Below are positions 1 through 12,045 of a stretch of 33,691 bases of DNA, piece by piece. The DNA is from Octopus sinensis. Lineage: Eukaryota. The stretch lies in the NCBI RefSeq assembly GCF_006345805.1, contig NW_021832053.1, positions 1 through 33,691 of the forward strand. Direction: 5' to 3'. The translations under genes were made by a program, and so were the position numbers. The notes under the pieces were generated by a model. That model was not told the origin of the DNA, made no database searches, and saw only the letters and a program-made list of their open reading frames with translations. Numbering within the stretch: position 1 is the first letter of the stretch; every line of letters starts with the position of its first letter.

Positions 1-488
1 TCTAATAAATGTTTATAGAAGCCATACTTCATTGATCAGTAATGAAATATAGAGCTTTATATATATATATATATAATATATATATATATAACTATATATA
101 TAATATATATACCACACCCACACATATACGTATTCCTTGTAACACGTCTGTATCTAAATAAGCTTGTCCCTTTTAAATATCATTTCTTGCGACAGGGTTG
201 TACTTGTGTGTGTGTGTGTGTGTGTCTGTATGTGTATGTGTTTGTGCGCGCGTGTGTGTGTGTGTTTGTGTGATTGTATAGCACAACCACACATATATGC
301 ATGATTGTATATATATATACATATGTATGTATATATATGTTTGGTTGTGCTTTGTACTCACATATATGCATATATACATATGTGCATATATGTATATATA
401 TGCGTATATGTATAAAAAACAATAATATAACATACATACATATAAATTTATATATATATATAATATATATTAATATATTATATATATT

Positions 489-532
<44 letters not shown>

Positions 533-1248
533 TATATATATATAATATATACTATATTTATACTATATAATTATAGATATATATATATATATAAATATAC
601 ATATATATATATATTCTATATATATATATTATATATATATACACATATATATATACATACACACACATTCACATACATATATACATAAATACATTATGCT
701 CGAATGGAGAAATGTCTATCGCATACAGAAGTGGCATTCTTCTTATTTCGTTGTTTTATCGTAACGTCTATGCCTCCCACGCCAAGCCGAAGCATTTTCT
801 TAAAACTTGATCTTACATATTTTGTGTTGTCCCTATATTTATGTCCAATCGTGAAACGATTTTATTTTGTTTTGTTTGTATACCTCGCATAGCGTAGAAC
901 GTTACGTAGGTTGATGAAAAAATTTCTGTATCCTTCTCTGCTTTGATTGTTGACTTTCGTGCAGATAGCGGATCCGTGTTATGAATTTTTAAATACGTTA
1001 GGAAATGCTTCGCAATTATTTACGCGTGCTGTAGACTGATTATCTCTGAAACATTAAATACCAGTCTGTTGCAGCAATGTTTCCTGCTTCATATGAGAAT
1101 CTAAGGGCTGCAGTCTGAGTATATGGCAGCAACACAGAAATTACGTTTTGTTTTTTGTTTATGTTAAGTAATTTTCGGAACTAAATTTTTTAGATTCGCG
1201 CGCGCACACACATACACACACACACACACACACTCTCTCTCTCTCCCT

Positions 1249-1299
<51 letters not shown>

Positions 1300-1320
1300 A
1301 TAAAACACATATATTCGTAC

Positions 1321-1360
<40 letters not shown>

Positions 1361-1845
1361 GTATGTATAAAAAAATACAAACTGGGACAAGAACGCAAAA
1401 CATTTTGATGACGATACAAAAAACACAGACGGGACATTCGAAGCCTTGTGTTGTGTGTGTGTATACATACTTATGTTCACACTATATATATGTTCATGTG
1501 TGTTTGTTGTTATGTCGAGTTACAATAAAAACAACTTTGCTTTAGACAGAAAGGTTATACAATACATTTTGTAGAGATGTTCATGATTATTTTACAAAAT
1601 TAATAAATATATGCACATTTATACATGTGTGTGTGTGTGAGAGAGAAAAAGAGAGAGAGAGAGAGAGAAAGAGAGGGAGCCTGTGTAAATGTGCAAGTCT
1701 GTATGTTTATATGACCATAGTATACTTGTTTTACTAAATTATTCAATAATATGTGTTTTGTAGTAGTATACTTGTGCAATATAAACATTAAAAAGCATTT
1801 TACACTGTTATCGTCTCTGTAAAGGAAAAGTAACCAACTTAACCT

Positions 1846-1895
1846 CATACATACATACATACATACATACATACATACATACATACATACATACA

Positions 1896-1925
<30 letters not shown>
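1846..1925. repeat. (TACA)n microsatellite
   Basis: Near-perfect tetranucleotide array, seen directly. Confidence 0.95.
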
Positions 1926-1926
<1 letters not shown>

Positions 1927-2235
1927 GGACATATATAAATATATACATAGATAAACATATATATGGGTTATTTATACATAAGCATAGAAAATTAACTGAA
2001 TTAATGAAGCAAATGGTGGGTTTAACGCTTATTATAATTTCTTTGTCAGTGACTTCAAAATGAAACTTTTATGCAAGTAACAGGCTTTTATATATTCACA
2101 TGTACGCATATATTACACGTGTGTTGTGTATGTCATCATGTATCCCATATATACAGATGCCTGTGCGTGTACATATAACGAAATGTTACCTTTGTTTAAT
2201 GCATAAAACATGTACGTGTAGACAGAAAGACAGAC

Positions 2236-2372
<137 letters not shown>

Positions 2373-2388
2373 GAGAAACATGTCTTAC

Positions 2389-3063
2389 CTGTGTAGTCGA
2401 CCAGTCGTGGCATAAACATTCCATTCCTTGAAAGCCAGTCGTACGAAACCCCTTGCATTTGTGCAAGTTTAAAAGCTTGTTCGGTAGGGCTGTGAAATGC
2501 ACTCCCGGGCAAGAAAGGTAGACCTGGGTGGCCAGCACCCGAATGTCCATTATAAGCGGCTGCCAATAGTTGCTGTCCACCGTGGAACAGTCCAGTAAGA
2601 GGGAGATGTGTTTGAAAAACACCTGCTGCATGTTGCAAGTTTAACAATCCGGGTTTGGGGACAAAACTCATTGTAATTGGAGGTGACACACTTGTATCGG
2701 GACTTACGGCCGGGGACAGCCGAGACGCACTTGAGTCCGTTGAGGGGGGTCGCGGTGAACTGCCCCTTGATATGCTACCTGCATTGTTGATGTTGCTCTT
2801 CAGTAAAATACTGTTATGATTGTGAATGATGTTGTTATTGTTGCCACTGCTGTTGTTGTGTTGCTGCTGTTGTTACTGTTGTTGTTATTGCTGCTGCTAT
2901 TGTTGTTGTTTCCACCGTTAAAATTGTTGCTGTTGTGGAGATGATGGTTGTGACCGTTGTTCATGCTGTTTAACATTTTGTTCCCAACAGAATACAGTGA
3001 GATTTTCGTTTGGGGTTCTTTTGCCAACAGAGCGTCTATGCTAAATGACTTAGCCGACTCCAT
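2389..3063 (-). CDS. Mnx: Mnx/HB9 (motor neuron and pancreas homeobox, exex) coding exon 1, with an apparent 1-nt frameshift at about 2859
   Basis: ATG at 3063 in good context (AAAC ATG G). [14 protein letters not shown] is an eh1 motif matching the Mnx1 N-terminus MEKSKNFRIDALLA. After restoring one base at 2859 the frame continues [15 protein letters not shown]...[44 protein letters not shown]...[31 protein letters not shown]. This resembles Mnx1 LLPKPGFL and DQWLRASTAGMILPKMPDF. The exon ends ACA G|GTAAGA at 2389/2388. 675 nt plus the missing base is 225 codons + 1, a phase-1 intron just before the expected homeobox exon. No homeobox was found in 1-2388. Confidence 0.9.
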
Positions 3064-3523
3064 GTTTGAAATTAGATGTGAAATCCAAATGGGTTTGTTA
3101 TCAACAAGACCATATACATACACAGATGAGCATAAATAAATATATATATATATATATAAATACAAATATAAGATATAATATATATTATATAGATAATTTT
3201 CAGACACACCCACCCACCCAAACAGACACGTACACAACACACACGCTCATAAACTCACAAGAATGTTGAAACTGTCAAATCTTCATACATGTGCATAAAC
3301 ATTTTTCACATACACGTATATACATATACGTGCATGTCATTAATAATTATATATGTATGTATGTGTGTGCGTGTATATATAATATATATGACACAAATAT
3401 CCTTGTTTATGTGTATATAATTATAAACATACAACTATAAAGTCATATATATTTTTTTAAAATAACATCACATAAACTTATGTATATATATATATATATA
3501 CATATATATACAATTTTTCTTTC

Positions 3524-3569
<46 letters not shown>

Positions 3570-3742
3570 AGAGAAAAATATCAATGGAAAATTTTCATTA
3601 AAATTTCAATAGGAAATTATCAATATTGATTTTATACTTAAATTTTTGATAAGGTTCACTAAATAATATTTTTTTGAAAATTCAGATATAAAATTCAAAT
3701 TCTAAAATTTGCAAAAAGAAATCTGATGAAAAAACATGATTC

Positions 3743-3743
<1 letters not shown>

Positions 3744-3773
<30 letters not shown>

Positions 3774-3775
3774 TA

Positions 3776-3808
<33 letters not shown>

Positions 3809-3860
3809 TATAACAATAACAAAACAATAATAATAATAGTAATAATAATAATGATATTTA
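3744..3860. repeat. (AAT)n microsatellite
   Basis: Seen directly. Confidence 0.9.
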
Positions 3861-4827
3861 CAATAATGATGGTGATTAATTTGAAATCCGAACGTATGAA
3901 TTGATAAGGTTTAGAAATTCTAATGAGAAAATACAAAGAGTTTAAAGATTAATAAACAACACAATAAATAGAATCCGATCTCTTTCACTCTCTCTTTCTA
4001 TTTCCGCTTGTCTCTCTCCGTCTTTCTCTCTCTCTTTCTCTTCCCCAAAATATACTTTCCGACAGGTAACTTGAGACTGACTGAATAAAAAAACAAACGT
4101 TCACCTCAATCAAACTAAAGCCTTATTAACCTCTCATCATAGCTGACTTGCTTTCACAGAATATCATTCACAAATGAGGAGGAAACAACTGTCCTCTTCC
4201 CCCCACCACACACTATTCTCTTTCCCCTCTCTCTCACACACGCACGCGCTCTATCTACCCTCCCTCTCTCTCTCTCTCTCTCTCTCGCTCATTCTCTCTG
4301 TCACTGCTCTAAGAAAACAAACGGATATTATAAATGCATAATCGCTTTTTTCCTGCCTCCTCCTCCTCCTTTCCTCTTGTTTTCACTCCTACTATTTTCG
4401 CCTCCTCCTCTCTCTTCTACTTATTTCCACCCTCCCTCTTTCTCTGTCTTTCTCCCACTCTCTCTCTCTCAACACCTTCCTTATGTAGCGTCAATTTGTT
4501 TATATCGCTTCTACTTCTTTCTTCCTCCTCCTCCCACCTTTTCTTTCGTTCTCTTCCTTCTTTTCCTCTTGACTAATTTTTTATTGAGTATTTTTTGTCA
4601 TTTGTCTATATTTTTCTTTTATACTTATATATATAGATATATATATAGTATTGTTCCGTTATTGGTGAGATCAACAAAAAATGTACTCCATCTAGTGAGA
4701 GCTAAATCTCATTTAATATACACAGGATATATATATGCGTGTGTATGTGGTTCTCTGTGTTTAGGTTTTATGTTGATTAGACAATAATGAAGCGTCTGCA
4801 CATCTCTCTCTCTATGTATGTATGTAT

Positions 4828-4870
<43 letters not shown>

Positions 4871-5042
4871 GATATGATATATATATATTTTTGCAGAATA
4901 ATAATAAAATCTTAAGTAAACTTATAGACAAGCAACAACAATGACTGAACTACAACAAGAGCATTCGTAATTTCAAATAATTTAATTATTTCTGAAGGGT
5001 TTTACTCATTAATCATTTAATTACTGCAAAAGGATTGTGATT

Positions 5043-5240
5043 ACCAGCGGAATCGTTAGCACGGCGGGCAAAATTGCTTAGTGGTATTTTCTTACGGTTT
5101 TACTTTTTGAGTTCAAATTCCGCCGAGGTCGACTTTCATCCTTTCGGAGTTCATAAAATACGTACCACTTGAGCATGGGTTCCATCAAATCGATTATCCC
5201 CAGTGCCCTAAAATTTCAGGTCCTGTGCCTATAATAGAAA
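5043..5240 (+). mobile_element. tRNA-derived SINE, family A ('GAGTTCAAATTCCGCCGAGGTCGACTTT')
   Basis: Has a B-box-like GAGTTCAAATTCC and a body shared with about ten other copies in the window. The family resembles octopus SINEs by recognition. Confidence 0.75.
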
Positions 5241-5271
5241 TAATTATCAATTATTATTATTATATATTAAG

Positions 5272-5495
5272 ACGGCGAGCTGGCGGAATCGTTATCACGC
5301 GGGACAAAATACTAACAAGCATTTTCTTCTGGAGATTTTACGTTCCGAGTTCAAATACCACCGAGGTCAACTTTGCCTTTCATCCTTTCGGGGTCGATAA
5401 ACTAAGTACCAGTTAAGCTCTGGGATCGATGTAATCGACTAGCCCTCTACCCACAGATTTCAGACCGTGTGCTTAGAGTAGAAAGGATTATAAGA
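5272..5495 (+). mobile_element. tRNA-derived SINE, family A (tandem copy)
   Basis: GGCGAGCTGGCGGAATCGTTA head, GAGTTCAAATACC B box and GGTCAACTTTGCCTTTCATCCTTTCGGGGTCGATAAA body. Confidence 0.8.
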
Positions 5496-5919
5496 AGGAA
5501 AATATCAACAAATATAGCCAAGGTATTGGCATAGAAGTTGTTGCTTTTATTGCTATTTAACCCCCAGGTTGAGCCCTCATCGAGAAGACTATGATTTGAT
5601 CGAACACATTCTAGTAGTATCCATCATGATTTTTTTTTTTTTTTCGCAGATATTGTACAATATAGTCAGTACTAAACATACCCTATGACTGTACTCGCTC
5701 CTTTCTTTCAAGTGGCCGTTTGTGTTTTAATGGAAAAGGATTTAGCTGGTATTACTAGCAGATTAAGCCGAGCCCACTCGTTGCCCCGAACAGAAAAGAA
5801 CAGATTGTAGTGGTTAGTAGTAGTAGTAGTTTTAGCTGTTCTTGTTGAAATTGTCAGTTTAACCTTGCTATTTCCGTGTGTCTATGGGTGTATAGGATAA
5901 TGTGTACATTATATATATG

Positions 5920-5979
<60 letters not shown>

Positions 5980-6202
5980 CGTGTATATATCTATATATAT
6001 ATCTGTATAGATGGTGAGTGTCAAGTGAATCTCTCTCTCTCTCTCTCTTTCTCTCTCTTTCTTTCCTTTCATTTACGTGTGCATGTGTATGTACGTGTGT
6101 GCGTGCGTGTGTGTGGTGTGTGTGTGCGCGTGCGTTTTTGTCGTTTTATTACATTTAGATGGTATGTAATTCCTGGAAAATTCAGTCTGCTGATATTATT
6201 AC

Positions 6203-6204
<2 letters not shown>

Positions 6205-6292
<88 letters not shown>
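6205..6292. repeat. (TTA)n-(GTA)n microsatellite
   Basis: Seen directly. Confidence 0.95.
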
Positions 6293-6699
6293 GCAGCAAC
6301 AACAATAACCACAACAACAATAATAGACCCACTGCAAGAACAACAGTAGCAACAAGATATCCCTCTCTTAATTGCTTCTTGTATCTGTATACGCGCGTGC
6401 GTGTGTGCGTGTTTGTATTGAATTAACCTTAGTAGATTGATTAGTAAATAAGTGATTAAAAAACGGTATGTGTACCTGTGAGTGCGTACGTGTGTGTGTG
6501 TATGTGTGTGTGTGTTAAGCGAAGATTTCTTGTGTCGGTTAATTAAACGGAAAATAAAAAAAAAAGGGGTGGAGCTTCAAGGATTTATCAAACAGTAGGA
6601 ACACGATATATTGTGGTGTTCATGCCTTTTTTTTCCAAAAGGACATATAGCGGCCATGAATAAAATAGCAATGTTTATGATAATGTTGACGACCACGAG

Positions 6700-6734
6700 G
6701 ATAATGATGATGATGATGATGATAATAATGATTA

Positions 6735-6785
<51 letters not shown>

Positions 6786-6787
6786 TG

Positions 6788-6820
<33 letters not shown>

Positions 6821-6840
6821 TCATAATAAATAATAATAAC
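6700..6840. repeat. (GAT)n/(AAT)n microsatellite
   Basis: Seen directly. Confidence 0.95.
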
Positions 6841-7135
6841 TGTTATTATATAAGAACAACAACAACCTGAATATTGGAGACGATGTAAAACTAAATAGAA
6901 ATAGAAGTCAATGACTGATCGTAAGTGGTATGTAAGAATCCCGATCTAATTGCTTTCCGTAATCAGACGATAGAAAATAGAGCAGCAGGAGTTACAGCGA
7001 TGACAGTAGCAGCAGCGGCAGCGGCGACGCCAATGGCAGCAGCGGCAGCAGCAGTGGTGATGGAGGTTGTGGTTGCAAGGGTAGTAGTGAAAGAAGCCAT
7101 TCGGAGAGGGCGGGACCAGAAACGGCACAGTAGTG

Positions 7136-7175
7136 TGACAGCGTTAAGTGGCCAACTGTTTAATGACTGAATTAA
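7136..7175. promoter_or_regulatory. Candidate Mnx enhancer: dense homeodomain/E-box site cluster
   Basis: TGACAG (7136), TTAAGTGG (7144), CAACTG (7153), TAATGA (7161) and AATTAA (7170) fall within 40 bp, about 4.1 kb upstream of the Mnx ATG. This is motif inference only. Confidence 0.35.
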
Positions 7176-7449
7176 AAGCTACCGGTCGGCTCGGGGTCGG
7201 ACAAGGATAGGAAAGGATAAGGAAAGGAAGGGATGTGCCGGAAAGGTAGTGGTGGGTGCTGGTGGGGATGGTAGAGCTGGTGCTGGTGCTGGTGGTGTTG
7301 GTGCTGGAGCGAAAGACTATGTAAATAGATGAATGAACGAGGGTAGATGTTTGGGTAGGTGTATTTTGTTAACGGTGACGGCAACGGTAAGAGAGGTATC
7401 AGGTTGAGATTTTGTGAGCAAAGAGAAAAGAAGAGGCATCATAAATGAT

Positions 7450-8320
<871 letters not shown>

Positions 8321-8515
8321 ATAATGTACTCATTCATCTATCTATTCCTCTCACTATTTAGCTATAAATCTAAATGTTACTGCAATGTTTATTTTAAGCA
8401 CTTTTAGTGTATAACATCTGAGTATTTACCGATGGTGTGAGTACACAGGATAGAGTCAAATTTATTTTGACGTTCAAGTTGAGTGGGTCTTCACATATAT
8501 TTATGCATCTCCCTA

Positions 8516-8565
<50 letters not shown>

Positions 8566-8589
8566 CATACATATATATATATATATACA

Positions 8590-8665
<76 letters not shown>

Positions 8666-8762
8666 TGTATGTATGCATGTATATATGTATGTATGTATGT
8701 ATATGTATGTATATTAGGTATATATTAAGTATATATATATATTGTATTGTAATAATATAGCT

Positions 8763-8809
<47 letters not shown>

Positions 8810-9177
8810 GGAGGAGGAGAGAGAGAGAAAGAGATAATGGCATATCAAATTCCGTACCACACAAATTCTTCATTTATAAAAACCATCTCCACCTCTAGAG
8901 GATGTGTCATTATTATCACATAGCAATTAAAACCACCTCCAACATAGAGAAGGCTATTTATGTGTATGTGTGTGCGTGTAATATATATATAAATGTGTGT
9001 GAGTGTTTATATATATATATTATGTGAGTGTGTATCTCTATAGGTATGTGTGTGGGTGTGTATGTACACACACATGTATATATACAGATATATGCACACA
9101 CACACATATACACGCACACACACACACATATTTTGTTGTGTCCAGAGATAGTCATTATACCAATATTGCAAACCATT

Positions 9178-9470
9178 GGCGTGGCTGTGTGGTAAGTAGC
9201 TTGCTTTCCAACCAAATGATTCAGGGTTCAGTCCCACTGCGTGGCACTTTGGGCAAGTGTCTTCTACTAGAGCCTCGTGCCGACCAAAGCCTTGTGAGTG
9301 GATTTGATTGGCGGAAACTGAAAGAAGCCTGTCGTATATATGCATATATATGTGTGTGTATCTTTTTTGTCCCCCTCCCCACCGTTTGACAACCGGTGTT
9401 GGTGTGTTTACATCTCCGTAACTTAGCAGTTCAGTAAAAGTGATCAATAGAACAAGTACTAGGCTTTGAT
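9178..9470 (+). mobile_element. tRNA-derived SINE, family B ('GGCGTGGCTGTGTGGTAAG')
   Basis: A-box-like head, GGTTCAGTCCC B box and GGCAAGTGTCTTCTACT...GACCAAAGCCTTGTGAGTGGATTTG body. Homologous to 26650-27020 and 27873-28020. Confidence 0.8.
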
Positions 9471-9742
9471 TCCAGTGCTTATTTAAAGCACTGGAGTCGA
9501 TTCATTCGACTAAAAATTCTTCAAGGCGTTGCCCCCAGCATGGCCGCAGTCTACTGACTTGAAACAAGTAAAAGATAAATGCATGTATATATAACCCTTA
9601 CAAGTTCGATAAAATAAGGTACCAATCAAAGGCGAGTAGTATGAGATCGGACAATCCCCTGCTCTCACAACTGGTGGCTTTATATCTAAATTGGAAATAA
9701 TATGTATGTGTGTGTGTGTAAAAGTATATACATATATGTATG

Positions 9743-9776
<34 letters not shown>

Positions 9777-9925
9777 TGTATGTATGTATGTATGCATGCA
9801 TGTATGTATGTAATGTATATGTGTGTAGGCATACCCATCAAGTGTTGCTTCAGCATGGCCGCATTCTTTTGACTGAAACCAATAAAAGAAATTGTATTAC
9901 CACACATTTATACATATACTTACAG

Positions 9926-9978
<53 letters not shown>

Positions 9979-10294
9979 ACATTGAAATTTAATAAGGCTT
10001 AAACTAAACTAGTGAAATAACCACAACCCATTTAGTGATCAATAAATACGTATAAGAGAGAAATTATCTAAAAACAAAACTCGTGTGAGATTAAAGGGGA
10101 GCATAATTGAAATTATTACACCTGAGTTAATTTTTCTTTATACATTCTGACAGTCTTTCTGTCCCTTTCCCTCTCTATCTTCGCCTCTCTTCCTCTCCTC
10201 TTCATTTCTATTTCAACATCTCTCGATCTCTTCAAGTCAAACACGATGTATCGCTCTCCCCTCCTCCCTCTTTATATCGCTCTTTCTAGTTGAT

Positions 10295-10320
10295 CTTCCT
10301 CTTCTTCTTCCTCTTCTTCT

Positions 10321-10352
<32 letters not shown>

Positions 10353-10380
10353 TTCTTCTTCTTCTTCTTCTTCTTCTTCT

Positions 10381-10410
<30 letters not shown>
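10295..10410. repeat. (CTT)n-(CT)n microsatellite
   Basis: Seen directly. Confidence 0.95.
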
Positions 10411-10412
<2 letters not shown>

Positions 10413-11829
10413 TCTTTCTAGCTCTTCTTTGACACTATCTCCCCCATTTTCTCATTCAAACTAACACACCAGCTGTCTTCATAATACTCGAGTGCCCCTC
10501 TCTGAGTCTGTCTCTGTCTCTCACTGACTCACTCTTTCCTAACCTCTAAAACGTCCGTCTCTAGCTATCACTAATTTTTAGTGCTGCTGCTGCTATTACT
10601 ACTACTACTATCAACTCCTTTTCCTTCTCTTCTCTATCCGCATTCTTATTCTTCTACTTTCTCCAACGTTTACCTCCTACCCTCTTACATCGTCTATATC
10701 CTCTCTTTTTATTTCATTCCAATCTCTTTTCTCCTTCCTCCCTCCTGTTTTTCCTCACCTTTCTCCAGCCTCGTTTTCAATTCATGAACTCTTCGCTTCT
10801 TCTCCCCTTCCTTCTCCTCTTCCTCTTCATCATCTCCATACTTTCCCTGGCTCCCTTCTGTCCAAATCCTTTACCCTCTGCGCTGTTCACCTTCACCTTC
10901 ACCATTTCAACACCAGCCATTGTAATTTCCCTTCTTGGTGTCGTCTGCATCAGTGAATTGCCTGTACATACAACTGATTAAATAACTTAATCAACATTTT
11001 TTCACTAATTTACTCTTCATTTATTCCATCCTTTCTCTTTCATCAACTTTGCTCCTGACTCATTATTCTTTTTTCATTTTCTCTCTCAATAGTTATATCT
11101 TTTCTTTCTTTACCTTTATGGGTTTTTCACTTCCTTTCTTTCTGGTTTACTACCACTCCCTTTTCTCACTTTTAAAATACATCTATAAATGAGAAATAAT
11201 AAATAGTAGTAAAGATACGATCGTTTATTTTTGGTTTTATATGGTTTTTTAAAAATTATTTATACATATTTTTCAGTCTTTCAAATTTCCATAATAAAAT
11301 TTATTTCATATTGGTTCCATCTAGAATTTTTACTTTGAGAAAATTTGCAAGTCAACCACCCATTTATTTATTTAATTATTTATTTATTTATTTATTTACG
11401 TGAAATATATGAATGTAACAAATTGGGATGGAATGGGTTAGCGTAAACTCTATACATCGCTTCATATAAAATGTGAGTACTTAAGACATTTACGTAGTTA
11501 TTCATCGTACATGTGTGTTTACATTCTAGGAGCTTTCACGTTGACATATATGCTTGTAGTGTGAGCGCATTTAATCCATACATGCTTTTATTTGAAATGT
11601 GTACAATTTGCACAATATAATTTGCATATTCTTCATACCGAGTCAACAGGGGTTGCTATGCAAGTGGTCGACCTACAGGAAATAGCAACCAAATCTCCCT
11701 AAAATCATACCTACTGTCCCGGCGTGGATAGAGTCGTTCGATAGTATGGTTTAGTATGGCGTGATCAAGTCTTGAATGCCTTTGAACATGGGTTTGCTCG
11801 TTTAGCACGAACGCTTAAAAAAAAACTCA

Positions 11830-12045
11830 ACAATAACAGCGAGGTTAAAACATTGGATAGATATTTGTTCCGATTCTCTACGCTTTGAGTTTAAATCCCG
11901 CTGAAGTCAGCTTTACCTTTTATTCTTCGAACAGGAATACGATACAGATTCAGGGCGATGAATTAGTAGAAGTGTAAGGAAGTTGGACTGGATGCATTGA
12001 GGTATTTGTTCAGAATCTTTGCATACTGAGTTCAAATCCGTCGTG
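11830..12045 (+). mobile_element. Two degenerate family A SINE heads
   Basis: GAGTTTAAATCCCGCTGAAGTCAGCTTTACC and GAGTTCAAATCCG resemble the family A B box and body. Confidence 0.55.

Noticed and set aside
700-1150. Unique island in the intron, checked as a possible Mnx homeobox exon
   Set aside because: No RRPRTAF, LELE or WFQNRR was seen on the minus strand. It may be regulatory, but I have no supporting pattern.
3064-3240. In-frame N-terminal extension of Mnx suggested by ORF 2800-3240
   Set aside because: It starts at a non-ATG codon and runs through (TA)n. The eh1-proximal ATG at 3063 matches where Mnx orthologues start.
6925-7170. Poly-Ala ORF (81 aa, plus strand) that looks like a transcription-factor exon
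   Set aside because: It has a GTG start and derives from (GCA)n/(GTG)n low-complexity repeats, with no recognisable domain or convincing splice context.
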